From positions 1 through 64,000 of the forward strand of contig MEDY01000101.1 of assembly GCA_001724265.1 (NCBI GenBank): a DNA stretch of 64,000 nt, given 5' to 3'. The DNA is from Rhizaria sp. SCN 62-66. Taxonomy: Eukaryota. The notes beneath the pieces are model-generated. The model searched no databases, was not told the origin of the DNA, and saw only the letters and a list, made by a program, of their open reading frames with translations. Made by a program: the position numbers and the translations under genes. Shown piece by piece: positions 36,101-46,742 of this stretch; the stretch's first letter is position 1; each line of letters starts with the position of its first letter.

Positions 36101-39100
36101 TGGGTTTGCCGGGGTAAGACAGGCCGGCCGCCTTGGCCTTGCGCTGGAGGGGCGTCAAGAACTCCTCGGCGTCATCTGCGGCACCCGCACCGCCCGCAGT
36201 TCCAGCAGTTGCGGTCACTTCAGAGCCGCTGCCACTTTTGCTCTTGCTGCCATCGGCAGCCGTAGTCGCCTTGCCCGTACCCGCAACAGCGTTGTCGCCC
36301 GCAGCGGTGTCCGCGGCGACGGGCTTGATGTCCTTGAGGTCCTTGCTCCAGAACGAGTCGCGGTCCGCGTCCTCGACGACAACGCCCCCGGTGATCACAC
36401 CGGCCGTGTCGGCGCCGCCCTCGCCCTCCGCGTCCGTGCTGTCCGCGGCGGCGCCCGCGCCGGCCCCGGGCGCGTGGCTGCGCTGCAGCGCCGAGACGAC
36501 GGAGCGCAGTCGCTTGTACACGGCGCCGTCGCGGCCCTCGTCGCTCTCGGCGGCGGCCGCGGCCGAGGCTACGGCGCCGATGCCCGGCACCATCGCGCCG
36601 GAGTCGGGCAGCATCAACGTTGGCGGCGCGGGCGCCGCGGCGCGCGCGCGGGCCGCGGCCGGGGTCGGCAGCGGGTTGCTGCCGCCGGCGCCGGTGAAGG
36701 CGCCGCCGGTGCCAGTGGACGCCGCGGGTGGGGTCAGGGGCGCGTCGAGGTCCTCCTCGTTGATGCCGCTGTCGCTCTCGCTCTCAACGCTGCCGTCAGT
36801 CACCGCAGCCGCAGCCGCGGCCGCGGTCGCGGCTTCAGGAGCGGCGGCAGCGTCCTTGGCAGCCGTGGCCGCAGCGGCGCCGTCCGCGCCCTTGATGTTG
36901 CTGCTGTTACTGTTTTCGGCCTTGGCGGCCCAGTTGCGCTGCGGCCGCTGCTGCGCGAGCGCGGCACTGAGCTCGGCCACGATCGCCTCATGCCGCCGCG
37001 CCGCATCAGCCGCCTCCGCCTCGGCCTCAGCGTCACTGCCGCTGCCGCCGCTGGCCGCCCCCGCCGCCGCGGTCCCTGCTCCCGCGGTGTTGGCACGCTC
37101 GATCGCGGCCATGGTCCGCACGGTGCCCGAGACCGGGTCGACGCCGGCGTTGACGGCCGCCGCGGTCGCGTTGCCCAGCGGCGAGTTGGTGTTGCGCAGC
37201 AGCTCGAAGGCCTCGACCATGGCCTGCACGGCGGACTCCTGGCTCGCCTCGGGCAGGCTGGCCGCGAGCAGCCGCGCGAAGCGCTCCAGGTCGGCGCGCG
37301 GCGCGGCCTGCACCCAGCGCATGGCGTCCTTGCGCGCCTGCACTTCCTCCGCTGACAGCCCCTCCAGGTTCAGCCGGGCCGCCGCGTCGCCGCCGCCGTG
37401 GTCGCCGCCGTGGGAGGCCGCGACCGTGGCGTTGAGCGGGGAGGTGGGCGACGCGATCGCGAGCGAGCCCGCGTTGACGCCCGCGCTGACCTCGCTGCCG
37501 GTCATTCCCGCCGCGCTGACACCACCGCCGTGGCCGTGGCCGTGGCCGTGGCCGTGCGCGTGCCCGTCGACGGTGACGACGCCCATGCCGCTCGTCCCGT
37601 GGAGCCCCAAGCCGTCCCCGCCAGCTGCGGCCAGACTGCCGCTGCCGCCGCTGCCGCTGCTGGTGCGCCAGAGCGGCGGCTGCACCGCCTGGACCGCAGC
37701 AGCGTGCTCCGCCACCACGGCGGCGGCCTCGCGCTCGAGCGCGCGCACGGTCCGGCCCCACTGCGCGCCGCCCGCCGCCGCGACGAGCGCGTCATAGCGG
37801 CCCTGGCCCAGCAGCCGCGTCGCCGCCAGGTGCACCTGCGCCAGCGTGTACGCCAGCCCGGTGGCGTAGTGGCCCTCGCGGCGGCCCGGCGCGAGCCGCA
37901 CCGCAAGCGCCGGGGCCGCCAGCGCCGCCGCGGTCACGCTCTTGCTCGCCGCGCTGCTGCTGCTGCTGCTGCTGCTGCTTCCGCTGCCGCCGCTGTTAAG
38001 CGGGGCGCGAGGCTGCTCCTTGCCGCTGTGGAAGCGGAACGCCGCGGTGGTCTGCGGCGGCAGCAGCGCGTCCTCGGGCCCCGCCGTGCGCGGCCAGTGC
38101 TCCGCAAAGCCCTCGGCGCCGCCGCGGACCGCGCCGCCGTACGCCACGAGCGCCTCCGAGGCGACGGACCAGGTGTGGCCCCCGCGGGCCGCGCGGTGCA
38201 CGCGCTGCGACGTCGTCACCAGCGCGGCCGCGGCGGCGCCGCCCAGCCGGGAGACGGCGTCGACCGGCGCCATGTCCTCAGCCTCCGCCTCTGCGGCGGC
38301 TTCAGCGGCGGCTTCGGCGGCGGCCTCGGCGGCGAGGGCCTCGGAGTCGGTCGGCGCAAAGCTGTGTGCGCCTGCGTGCGTTTGAGCGAGGAACTGAGCG
38401 CGGGCGCGCGCGGCGCGGCGGGCGTGCGCCCTGGCACGCGCGCTGCCGGTGACGTAGCTCCGCGCGAGCTCCTGCTTGAACTGCTCCACGGCGGTCTTGT
38501 TGCCCGCGGCCGCGGCCGCCGCCAGGGCCGCCTCGAGCGCGGGCCGCGGCAGCCCCGGCGCGGGGGCCAGCGCTGCGGCGTCAACGTCGGCAAAGGCAGA
38601 GGGCGCGGCGCAGTAGGCCTCGGCCAGCGCCAGCCGCGCCTCGGCCAGGGTGCCCCACGGGTTCTCGAAGCGCGTCAGCTCGATCGCGCCGTCGTCCGCA
38701 GCCATACTGTTGTTGTTGTTGTTGCTGTTGTTGTTGAGCTTGCCGTTGCCGCTGCTGTTGCTGAGGGCGCGCGCGGTGTTGAGGGCCGCGAGCACGCGCC
38801 GCAGCGCCGCGCTCTGCTCGCTGTAGCTCGTGCCAGTGCCCAGACTCGTAACGCACGAACCAGTGGCGCCCATGAGTGCACCGTCGCTTGCGCTCGCGCT
38901 CGCGCTCGCGCTCGCGCTCGCATCAGCGTCAGCGTCAGCGTCAGCGTCAGCGCTAGCGAGAGCTGTGTCCAAGTCCGCGGGGATCCCCTGGTGCTTGCGG
39001 GCGCCCGCGGCGACGGCGGCATCGCGCTGCTGATGCGCGGCCCTCAGCGCGGCGTCCGAGACGTCACCCACGGCGAAGGCGTCATCGTGCACGCCACCCG

Positions 39101-41920
39101 CGGCGTACAGGCCCACGGCCAGCGCCGGCAGCGCGGCGCCACCTTCGGACTCAGCATTGCCATTAGCGTCAACAATCTTGGTGCCGGCCGAAGAATCGAT
39201 TGCAGAAGCGGCGCCGTTGCTCGCCGCGACCTCTACGCCTGCCACAGCGTCTGCCTGTGCGCCGGCCTGTGCGTCGGCCATGTTCATGGCGAAGATCGCT
39301 CCCTGGCGGCTCTGCATCTGCGCCTGCCACAGCGCCGCGCGAGCCGCGCCCACGGCCAGCTGCGGCGCGCCCACGCGCGTGAGCGCGGTGTAGAGCTCGG
39401 CCTGCAGCAGCGGCGGCGGCGCGGCGCCGAGCAAGCGCAGGCGGCGGACGACGGCGGCGGCGGCGTGGCCCCAGTCGCGCGTGAAGAGCAGCGCCGTCTC
39501 GAGCGCGTGGCGCATGTCGGCGTCCGTGGCGCGCGCCCAGTGCAGCTCCGCCAGCAGCGGGCCGCGCAGCGACGCATGCGCCGCCGGGCTCACGGTCGCC
39601 GTTGCCGTCGCCGTCGCCGTCGTCGTCGCAGTTCCAGTTCCAGGCGCAGGCGCAGCAGTTGCAGTGTCAGGTGATGAGTCCGCAGCTGCATTGCGGTTCA
39701 AAAGGCTGAAAAAGGTGTCATTGCTCATGGAGCTGGCCGCCTTCATGACCGCGCCCAGGCCGGAGCCCGCGCCCGCGCTCGCGCCCGCGCCCGCGCCGAG
39801 GCGCTTGGACTGCAGGTGCGCGTCGGTGCTGGCGATGAGGTCCTCCAGTGCCGCGATACCGGGCCCCGGCTTGGTCTTCGCCGCCGCCGGCGCCGCGGCC
39901 CCATCCTGCGATACTGTAAGTACCCCCTTAGCCAGGGCGTCCTCGACGGCGTCTCCGGGCACCGCGTGCGGCATGTAGGCAGCGACAAGCAGGTCCGCGA
40001 GCCAGGGCTCGCCCACGGGGGCCGCCAGCGGCGCCACAGCGGCCGCGGGGAGCGGCGCGGCGCGCGGCAGCCGCAGCAGCAGCACCAGCAGCGCCGCCAG
40101 CTCGTCGGCCGTCGCCGCGGGTGCCGCGAGCGCGCGCGTGACCAGCAGCGCCAGGCGCAGCGGGTTGGCCGCGCCGCGCGCGAGCGCCGCTGGCAGCGGG
40201 GGCAGCGCCGCGTGGCGCGGGCCTGCGGGGACGCGGCTGCCCAGCGAGGCGCTGGCGCCGCCGCTCTTGAGGGTCACGTTAGGCAGGTATCGACGACCTA
40301 GCTGCTGTTGCTGCGGGGGCTTGCCGTGGCCGCCGCGCCTGCTGCTACGCAAACCCTGGCTGGCCTGGTTGGCTTCGAGCACGAGCAGCGTCTCGCGCAT
40401 GGCGGCGTGCGTCTGCGCCTCGAGCAGCGCGGGCAGCCCGCCCCAGCGGCCCAGCGCGCGCAGCACCACGGGCGGCGTCGCGCCGGGCAGCAGCGCCGCC
40501 GCCGAGGCCGCAGTGATGTCGTGCGACAGCGCGCGGGCCAGACCGGGACCCGCGGCACTCGCCGCACCATCACTCGCGGTGCTAGAACCAGAGAGAGAAT
40601 GAGGGCTAATCAGGCTCGCGTTGGCGATGGCGCTGCCGCCGCTGCTTTGCGCGTGGATGTCCACGGCGGCCTGCAGCGGGTCGCTGAAGGCGCGGGGCAG
40701 CGCGCCCGCCTGTGCGCCCCACTCGGCCAGGTAGGCGGCGGCGGTGGCGCGCGACACGGCGCCCGCGTGGGCCGCAGCCACGGCGGCGGCGCCCGCGGGG
40801 GTCGCCAGGTAGACGTCGAACCAGCGCACGGGCGCCGCCAGGGCCGGGTCCAGCGGGGCGGCGAGCGGAGTCGCAGTCGAGACAGAGCCAGAGCTAGCGC
40901 TCGACGTGTTAGATGTGTGCGCATCTGTATCGTGGTTGATTGGGGTTGGGTAGAATGAGTTCGAGAGGGCAGCGAAGTAGCCGAGGACGGCCTGGGTAGC
41001 TGCAGTCTCTTCAGCAGCCACCGCAGTCGCAGTGTCTGCATTCGCAGTCTCAAGATGGGCATCGTTGCTGCAGCCGCCGTTCGTTGCAGCGCCCGCGGCG
41101 GGCATGAAGCCCAGCTCAGTGCTCGCGGTCGCAAACGCAACAGGGTTCCTGCTCAGCGTGTTCGAGACGAAAGAGGAGACCGCGCGCTTCGATCCCGCCG
41201 CATAAGTTACCGGTGCGGTTGTTGATGCTTCGGCAGCCACGGCCTCCGCGGCGGACAGGGGTGCGGCGGGCAGCGGACGCGGCGCAAGCGAGGCTGGGAG
41301 CCGCGCGGGCACGGCCCACTGCAGCGCCGAGTCCACCACGCGGTCCACGGCCGCGGTCGCGGTCGCAGTCGTGCTCAGAGATGCGGACGCAGAGGCAGAG
41401 TCGGCATTGTGAGTGGGAGTGCCTGCAGCAGTGGTGGACTGGGGGAAGCAGAAGGCAAAGTCCGCGATGGGGGCGCCAGCAGGCATAGGGAAGCCTTCAG
41501 CGACCGTAAGCACTGCCACAGACGCATTTTCAACGCTGCCAGAGCCCGACGCGACCGCTGTGGCGCTAGTGGCGTGCGCGGCAGTCGCTGCGGAGGCTGT
41601 GCTGGGCGCGAGCGCGTCGAGCCACGCGGCGACGGAGGGCGAGGCCAGCGCCGCGCGCGGGGGCTGCGGGGCGGTCTTGGAGGCTGAAAAGTATCGCAAG
41701 GAGGCCGCTGATGCAGCAGACTAAGCGCGAAAGCAAAGAGAGAGAGGTAGAGTGAGGCAGAGCGATGGATGAGAGGATGGGCAAACGGACGTGAGAATGA
41801 GAGCATTGCAGAGGATATAACCACGGGACGCGGGGGTTAGAGGGTGCAACGTACGTGGAATCCGATGGTCGAAACGCGGACAGACCGCGCGCTCGCAAGC
41901 GCATGTTGGGCGCGGAACAT
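33177..41920 (-). CDS. Giant Ala-rich protein (about 2869 aa) with a predicted mitochondrial targeting peptide; function unknown
   Basis: An 8.5 kb open frame (41720-33177) has no ATG at its 5' edge. It joins in phase 0 to exon 41920-41855 (MFRAQHALASARSVRVSTIGFH) across intron 41854-41721 (GTACGT...TTAG), continuing as SAASAASLRYFSASK. Confidence 0.8.
38888..38953. repeat. Adjacent hexamer tandem repeats (GCGCTC)n and (GCGTCA)n encoding Ala-Ser and Ala-Asp dipeptide runs
   Basis: Read directly from the sequence. The minus-strand translation is ASADADADADADASASASASASASD. Confidence 0.85.
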
Positions 41921-42264
41921 ACGGCGCAGCACAGGCAAGTGCGAGAGAGCGAGAAGATGTGCTTTTTGACGCGGAGTGTTCGGACCCGGAGAAGACGGGC
42001 TTTGACGGAATGAATAGAAGTCGGGTCAGGAATCCGTAAATAGGAGTTAGATTTTGATCACAAATACATATCGGAGATACACTCTATTGACTTTGATTGT
42101 ACTTCTATTTTATCTGATATACACCTCTGTGCATTCATTTTCTTGTTGCGCCCAGAAGACCTCTTCCAGAGTCACATCCAGCCGACCACACCCAACCACA
42201 GTCGCGAGCACACACAGCCCCCAAGCTTCCATCGCAGCGCCCCGCCGCGGCACTTTTGTGCATC

Positions 42265-42903
42265 ATGTCTCGTAACGTCAAGTCCACGGAACAGATCTTT
42301 AGCGATCTCCGCACTGACTTTATCGACCTCATCAAGACTGCCGCTGTACGTCTCATCTTGGCTGCACTGCTTTTCTTGTAACATTTATTTGACGTATGTC
42401 TCTTTATCACCTACACGTATGACGTCAAAACACTCAACTCCTCACCCCACACCCCTTCTACACTATATTTGTTGCTCTTGATATCAATCTTCTTCATAAC
42501 TGCGCGTTTATCCTCTCCACCTTAGATCGGCGACATGACGCTGCCAAAGGACGACAGCTACGTTGCGACCTACTCCGTCGATGACATTGACGCGTTGCCC
42601 TCTGCCGAGCTCCAGCGCGACACCGAAGCGGCCGCGCTGGCCTCGACGCTTAAGTCGCACGCGCTGGTGGCCTCGGCACAGGAACTCATGCGGCGCCTGG
42701 CGGCCCTCAAGCTGCGCGCCGCGGCGGACTCGGCGCGCCGCAGCGAGGCCAACACCGCGCTTCTGCGCGGCGTCTTCGCGGGCCGGCGCGCGCAGACTGT
42801 TGCCGCGACGGTCGGCGCGCTCGCCGCGCTGGACGCCGCGGCTGAGGACGTGCAGCGTCATCTGGAGGGCTCGCTCGAGGGCGTCCTGCTGCCGGAGCCG
42901 TAG
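42265..42903 (+). CDS. MED22: Mediator of RNA polymerase II transcription subunit 22 (Med22/Srb6)-like, 152 aa
   Basis: Exon 42265-42345 and exon 42526-42903 are joined across a phase-0 intron (GTACGT...TTAG). The spliced LRTDFIDLIKTAAIGD and KSHALVASAQELMRRLAALK resemble the recalled Med22 pattern DNFTEIIKTAKIED...RAANIVRAGESLMKLVSDLK. Confidence 0.65.
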
Positions 42904-44193
42904 CCCGAGCTGGAGAGTGAGAATGAGGCCGGTGCTGAGGCTGAGGCTAGAGGCTGAGCAAAGGTTAATGCAGAGTCTGCGGCTTTGGAATGAACGACAT
43001 TACACGAGAGGGCTGGTCTTTGTGACCAAGTTTGGCGGCAAGGCCAGCCACCGCTTCACTGTGTACTACTTGTGCAACTTGTGCAAGAGGAGGAAATGCA
43101 GAAACGTTTTGTTTACGAATGCGCATCTCTCATGCGAAGCAAACACGTGTTTATACATAGCTTTATCTTGAAATTGATACATTTGCAGGCCGTAGCGAGG
43201 ATATGTGACGTTTGAGTACATTTTGTGTATTGTTTGATGTTGGAATGGTTCTAAAGCCCCAATGGGACAAGTACATTTATACATTTGTAACAGAGTTGAA
43301 ATATACTAATTTCTAGATCGAGACATAATGAAAAACAATTACGAAGTTATGACTTGTGCACAGACAGAGAGGGAGAGAGAAAAACAAAGAAACTGACTGA
43401 GACAGGAACAGACAGCAGCAGCGAACAACGGGGCGTTTGAATGGGGTGAGTCAATGGGCTGAATCGAGGCCTTGAGACCACGCACGCAATCAGCGTGTTG
43501 CAGATGTGTGTGAGGGCATGCGCGACTCTTGTTCTCGTGACTGATAGTGTTGTTGTTGTTGTTGTTGTTGGTATAATTATAATGATGGGTGTTGCTATTG
43601 ATGCTGCTGCTACGAGAGTGTTGATGGCCTAGACTGGAGACTGAATTACGTATTGCAACATACAGGTTGCAAACATGCAGTGATCCAGAGCGTACTGAGT
43701 ACATACGGATTGTGACACAGAAAAAAAAGCCACTAAAAAAAACGTTGAATAAAATCTAACACATCGCAAAACATAACACAGACGGCATGTCCATTTGTGT
43801 TTGGGTCTTGTGCTTTCGTTAATAATTATGTTCCTCTCAAGAAAGAGGAGATTTGAACTTATCCCGCGAAGGCCCGACAGTCGCTCGCTCACCAGCTGTG
43901 AGAGCTCGCTGTGACTGATTGTGTGTGACTGAGTGTGTACGAACAGTAGAGCAAGTAAGACGTGCTTTCGGGCAGTACAAAAGAAAAACAGACGCATACT
44001 AACTTACTTGCTGTGATAAATAACTTACGCTTGCACAGAACACATGTAAGCTTAACATAATTGTGATCGCACATCAACAAAAAGACACACATTTGCCACC
44101 ACGTGGCCGACTTCACTTCACTGCTGTTTGTTCGCCTAGACAAACACACAAACAGCTACGGCTTAGCGAGGAGCTCACAAGGCGTCGCCTAGA

Positions 44194-45435
44194 TTAGATG
44201 GCGGCGACCTTCTTGGGCGGCTTGAAGAACATCTTGAGCTTCTCCCAGGCGATGAACATGATGATCATGTGCGGGCCCATGCGCGCGTAGTGGGGGAGTA
44301 ATCCTTTGAAGAGCCCGCGCGGGCCCTCGGTGGCGAGCATCTTGCGCACCACGTCGGCCGCGGAGCTGTAGGCGCCCGAAGTCTTGTTCTGATTGTAGAG
44401 GCGCGTGGTCACCACGTCGAACGGGTTCATGGTCACCGTGACGGCGACGGCGGCCAGCGAGGAGGACGCGAAGTGGAGTGCCATCCCGCGCAGCGACGAG
44501 TGCTCCGCGAACAGCACCTTGCACTTCTCGTAGCAGGAGAACTGGGCCGCGGAGCCGAAACCGACGCGCATGGAGGCGACGGTGCTACCGCGCAGCAGGC
44601 CGCGCGCGCCCTCTTCGCGGATGATGCTGCGGAAGGCGTCGAACATGCCGCTGTAGTTGTACTGGATCCCGATCGGCTTTGCGGCGCCGGAAGAGAACGG
44701 GCGCGCGCCGGCCGACGCCGACGCCGACGCAGAGGTAGAGGCAGAGGCGGTAGTGCTCGCAGCGGCGACGACCGGGACGGCGCCGGCGCCGGTGGTGGCG
44801 GCGGTGGCGGCCCCAGTGATAGAGGCGGAGGCGGCGCCGAGCGCGCCCGGCACGGGGCCCGGACCGAGAGGGGCGTGCAGCGCGCCCGGGCCCGTAGCGC
44901 CAGCCGCGGCGGCGCCGGAGGCCTCGAGAAGCGCAGCGGCGGTGGGGCCGGTGACCGCGGCCACGGGCACGGGCACTGTGCGCACGCGCGTCTGCATGCG
45001 GACCTTGACAAGGAAGAAGGGGTTGCCCAGGAAGGCACCCGTGCCGCCGACGCAGGCGGCCACGAGCGCGTTCTGCAGCGAGAAGTACTTGTCCTTGGGG
45101 TCCGCCTTGCGCAACGCGGTGTTGATGAACTCGTAGGAGCCGAGGCGGAAGCCGTTCATGACGGACTGGAACGCGATCGCGGGAACGAGGCCACCCTGGA
45201 GTCCGCGCACGCCCTCGTAGCGCGCGATCTTGTAGAAGGCGTCAAACATGTTGCTGTACTGGCGCGTGAGGCGCTCGGCGGAGCGCGTCTGCATCTCGCC
45301 CTGGAGCTGCAGCCGCGTCTTGCAGACCTCCATCGGGTTCGAGAAGATGGTCGCGATGCTCGCGGCGGCCGAGCCCAGGCAGATGTCGCGCACAAGGTTG
45401 TGGTCCTTGGCCACGGAGCGCTCTTCGGCGTTCAT
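44194..45435 (-). CDS. Mitochondrial carrier (SLC25), oxaloacetate carrier OAC1 / SLC25A34-35-like
   Basis: Three carrier repeats carry the signatures NPMEVCKTRLQLQGE, NPFFLVKVRMQ and NPFDVVTTRLYNQ, plus EGxRGLxxG motifs and a C-terminal RMGPH. An Ala-rich insertion of about 100 aa sits in repeat 2. Confidence 0.92.
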   Translation of the reverse strand: MNAEERSVAKDHNLVRDICLGSAAASIATIFSNPMEVCKTRLQLQGEMQTRSAERLTRQYSNMFDAFYKIARYEGVRGLQGGLVPAIAFQSVMNGFRLGSYEFINTALRKADPKDKYFSLQNALVAACVGGTGAFLGNPFFLVKVRMQTRVRTVPVPVAAVTGPTAAALLEASGAAAAGATGPGALHAPLGPGPVPGALGAASASITGAATAATTGAGAVPVVAAASTTASASTSASASASAGARPFSSGAAKPIGIQYNYSGMFDAFRSIIREEGARGLLRGSTVASMRVGFGSAAQFSCYEKCKVLFAEHSSLRGMALHFASSSLAAVAVTVTMNPFDVVTTRLYNQNKTSGAYSSAADVVRKMLATEGPRGLFKGLLPHYARMGPHMIIMFIAWEKLKMFFKPPKKVAAI

Positions 45436-46742
45436 GGAGGCAGGGCAGGCGGGCGGGAGCTAGAGTAGCTGGTGGTGGGCTGCGGCAGCGGGGACGGGGA
45501 GCTCAGGTGTGTTTAATGGACTTGCGCCACTGTTGCGGAGTGCAACGGAGAAGGAGACGGGACCGGCGGGGCAGCACGACGGAAAGGGACGCGACTGGGG
45601 TGCGCGGGAAAATGAGCAGAAACTGCTGGAGAGGTGGCTGGATTTCAAGTGGCGTTTGAACTGCTTCTTGGGTGGGCCCAATGAGAGGGTGGTAAAAGGG
45701 AGCGGAAAAGCTGGATTCAGGCGAAAATATGCGCGGAAACGACGGGGAAAAGGACAGGGGAAACATGGGCGAGATTACAGTGTGATGAGCGTTGATAAGG
45801 GAATCAGGCGTGACGCTGGGGGTGGCAGTGAGAGGATGGATGACGACAACGGGCGTCTTCGGACTATTACACCCGCCGGCGCAGGGGCAGTGTTGCCACG
45901 TCAGATCAAGAAATGCAAGCAACATGGGGAGACGTGGAAGCACTTGTAGGGCATATAAAAACAGCATCTGCACAACCAAAACATGGTTCTGAAGCGCGGC
46001 ACGGTGCGGAGATAGAGCTCCAAGGGGGTACTAGACGACCGGAAGATAGGCAAACCGCATATCACACTTGGAGCACTGGCAGGAGCGCTAGTGCAGCACA
46101 ATAAAATCAAAGTATGGTTAGAAAACGCAGTGATTAATGTGATTCAGTCGAGGCAGGACTATCAACGGTCACAATGGACGGCTGGACGCGGTTGCACAAA
46201 GGGCGACGTGGAGGCGTGCATCGGAGGCAAGCGGAAAGCGACGTTCGGGTCCCCCTGCGTCCAACTCACAGCCGATACACGCGCGTGCAGTGCAGTTGCA
46301 AACTTCCTTGCAGCATAAAAGTCCCCTACTTTGCAATTGGCACCCACCGAGGACTACAAGGACTCGAACACCCACATTTCCAGATCGTGACGTTCGGTTC
46401 GACCACACATAGCATGGACCCAGCCCCAGTTTTGGTTCGCAAAAAAACGGGCTTGCTGTTGATGACAACACACACAGCAGGCTTTGGGCACGCTCGACTT
46501 TGCAGTTGATTATCTTGCTTGGACGTCTGTGTAGATGCATATATTGTATTTTTTTGAACTGCCTCGTGATTTTTCTGCTTATACACTTATTTCTATTATC
46601 TTTACATCGTCTCCATCAATGCAGCCACATCGACGTCGCTCACGACTTGGCCTCTTTCCTACCCACTCTCTCACAACCCCCCTCCCAGCCCTGCAGCTCC
46701 GCACTTCATCCCGTCAGTGCCTCCCAACCCGTCCCACCGTTT

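Noticed and set aside
42563-43171. 202-aa ORF overlapping Med22 with a Cys-rich tail (YLCNLCKRRKC)
   Set aside because: It is an off-frame shadow of Med22 running into AT-rich 3' UTR. It has a TTG start, no codon bias in the tail and no convincing zinc-finger spacing.
43547-43570. (TGT)n microsatellite and GA-rich runs downstream of the carrier gene
   Set aside because: These are ordinary simple repeats in a probable 3' UTR, not a CRISPR array or telomeric repeat.
46500-46742. Upstream TTG/GTG-initiated extensions in the ORF track (TBC at 46500, ACSL at 49515, PPIH at 1378, kinesin at 28136) and the upstream ATG of DPH1 at 4500
   Set aside because: The locus is eukaryotic, and these extensions are AT- or pyrimidine-rich UTR-like sequence without coding bias. 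Downstream ATGs coincide with the start of GC3-biased sequence.
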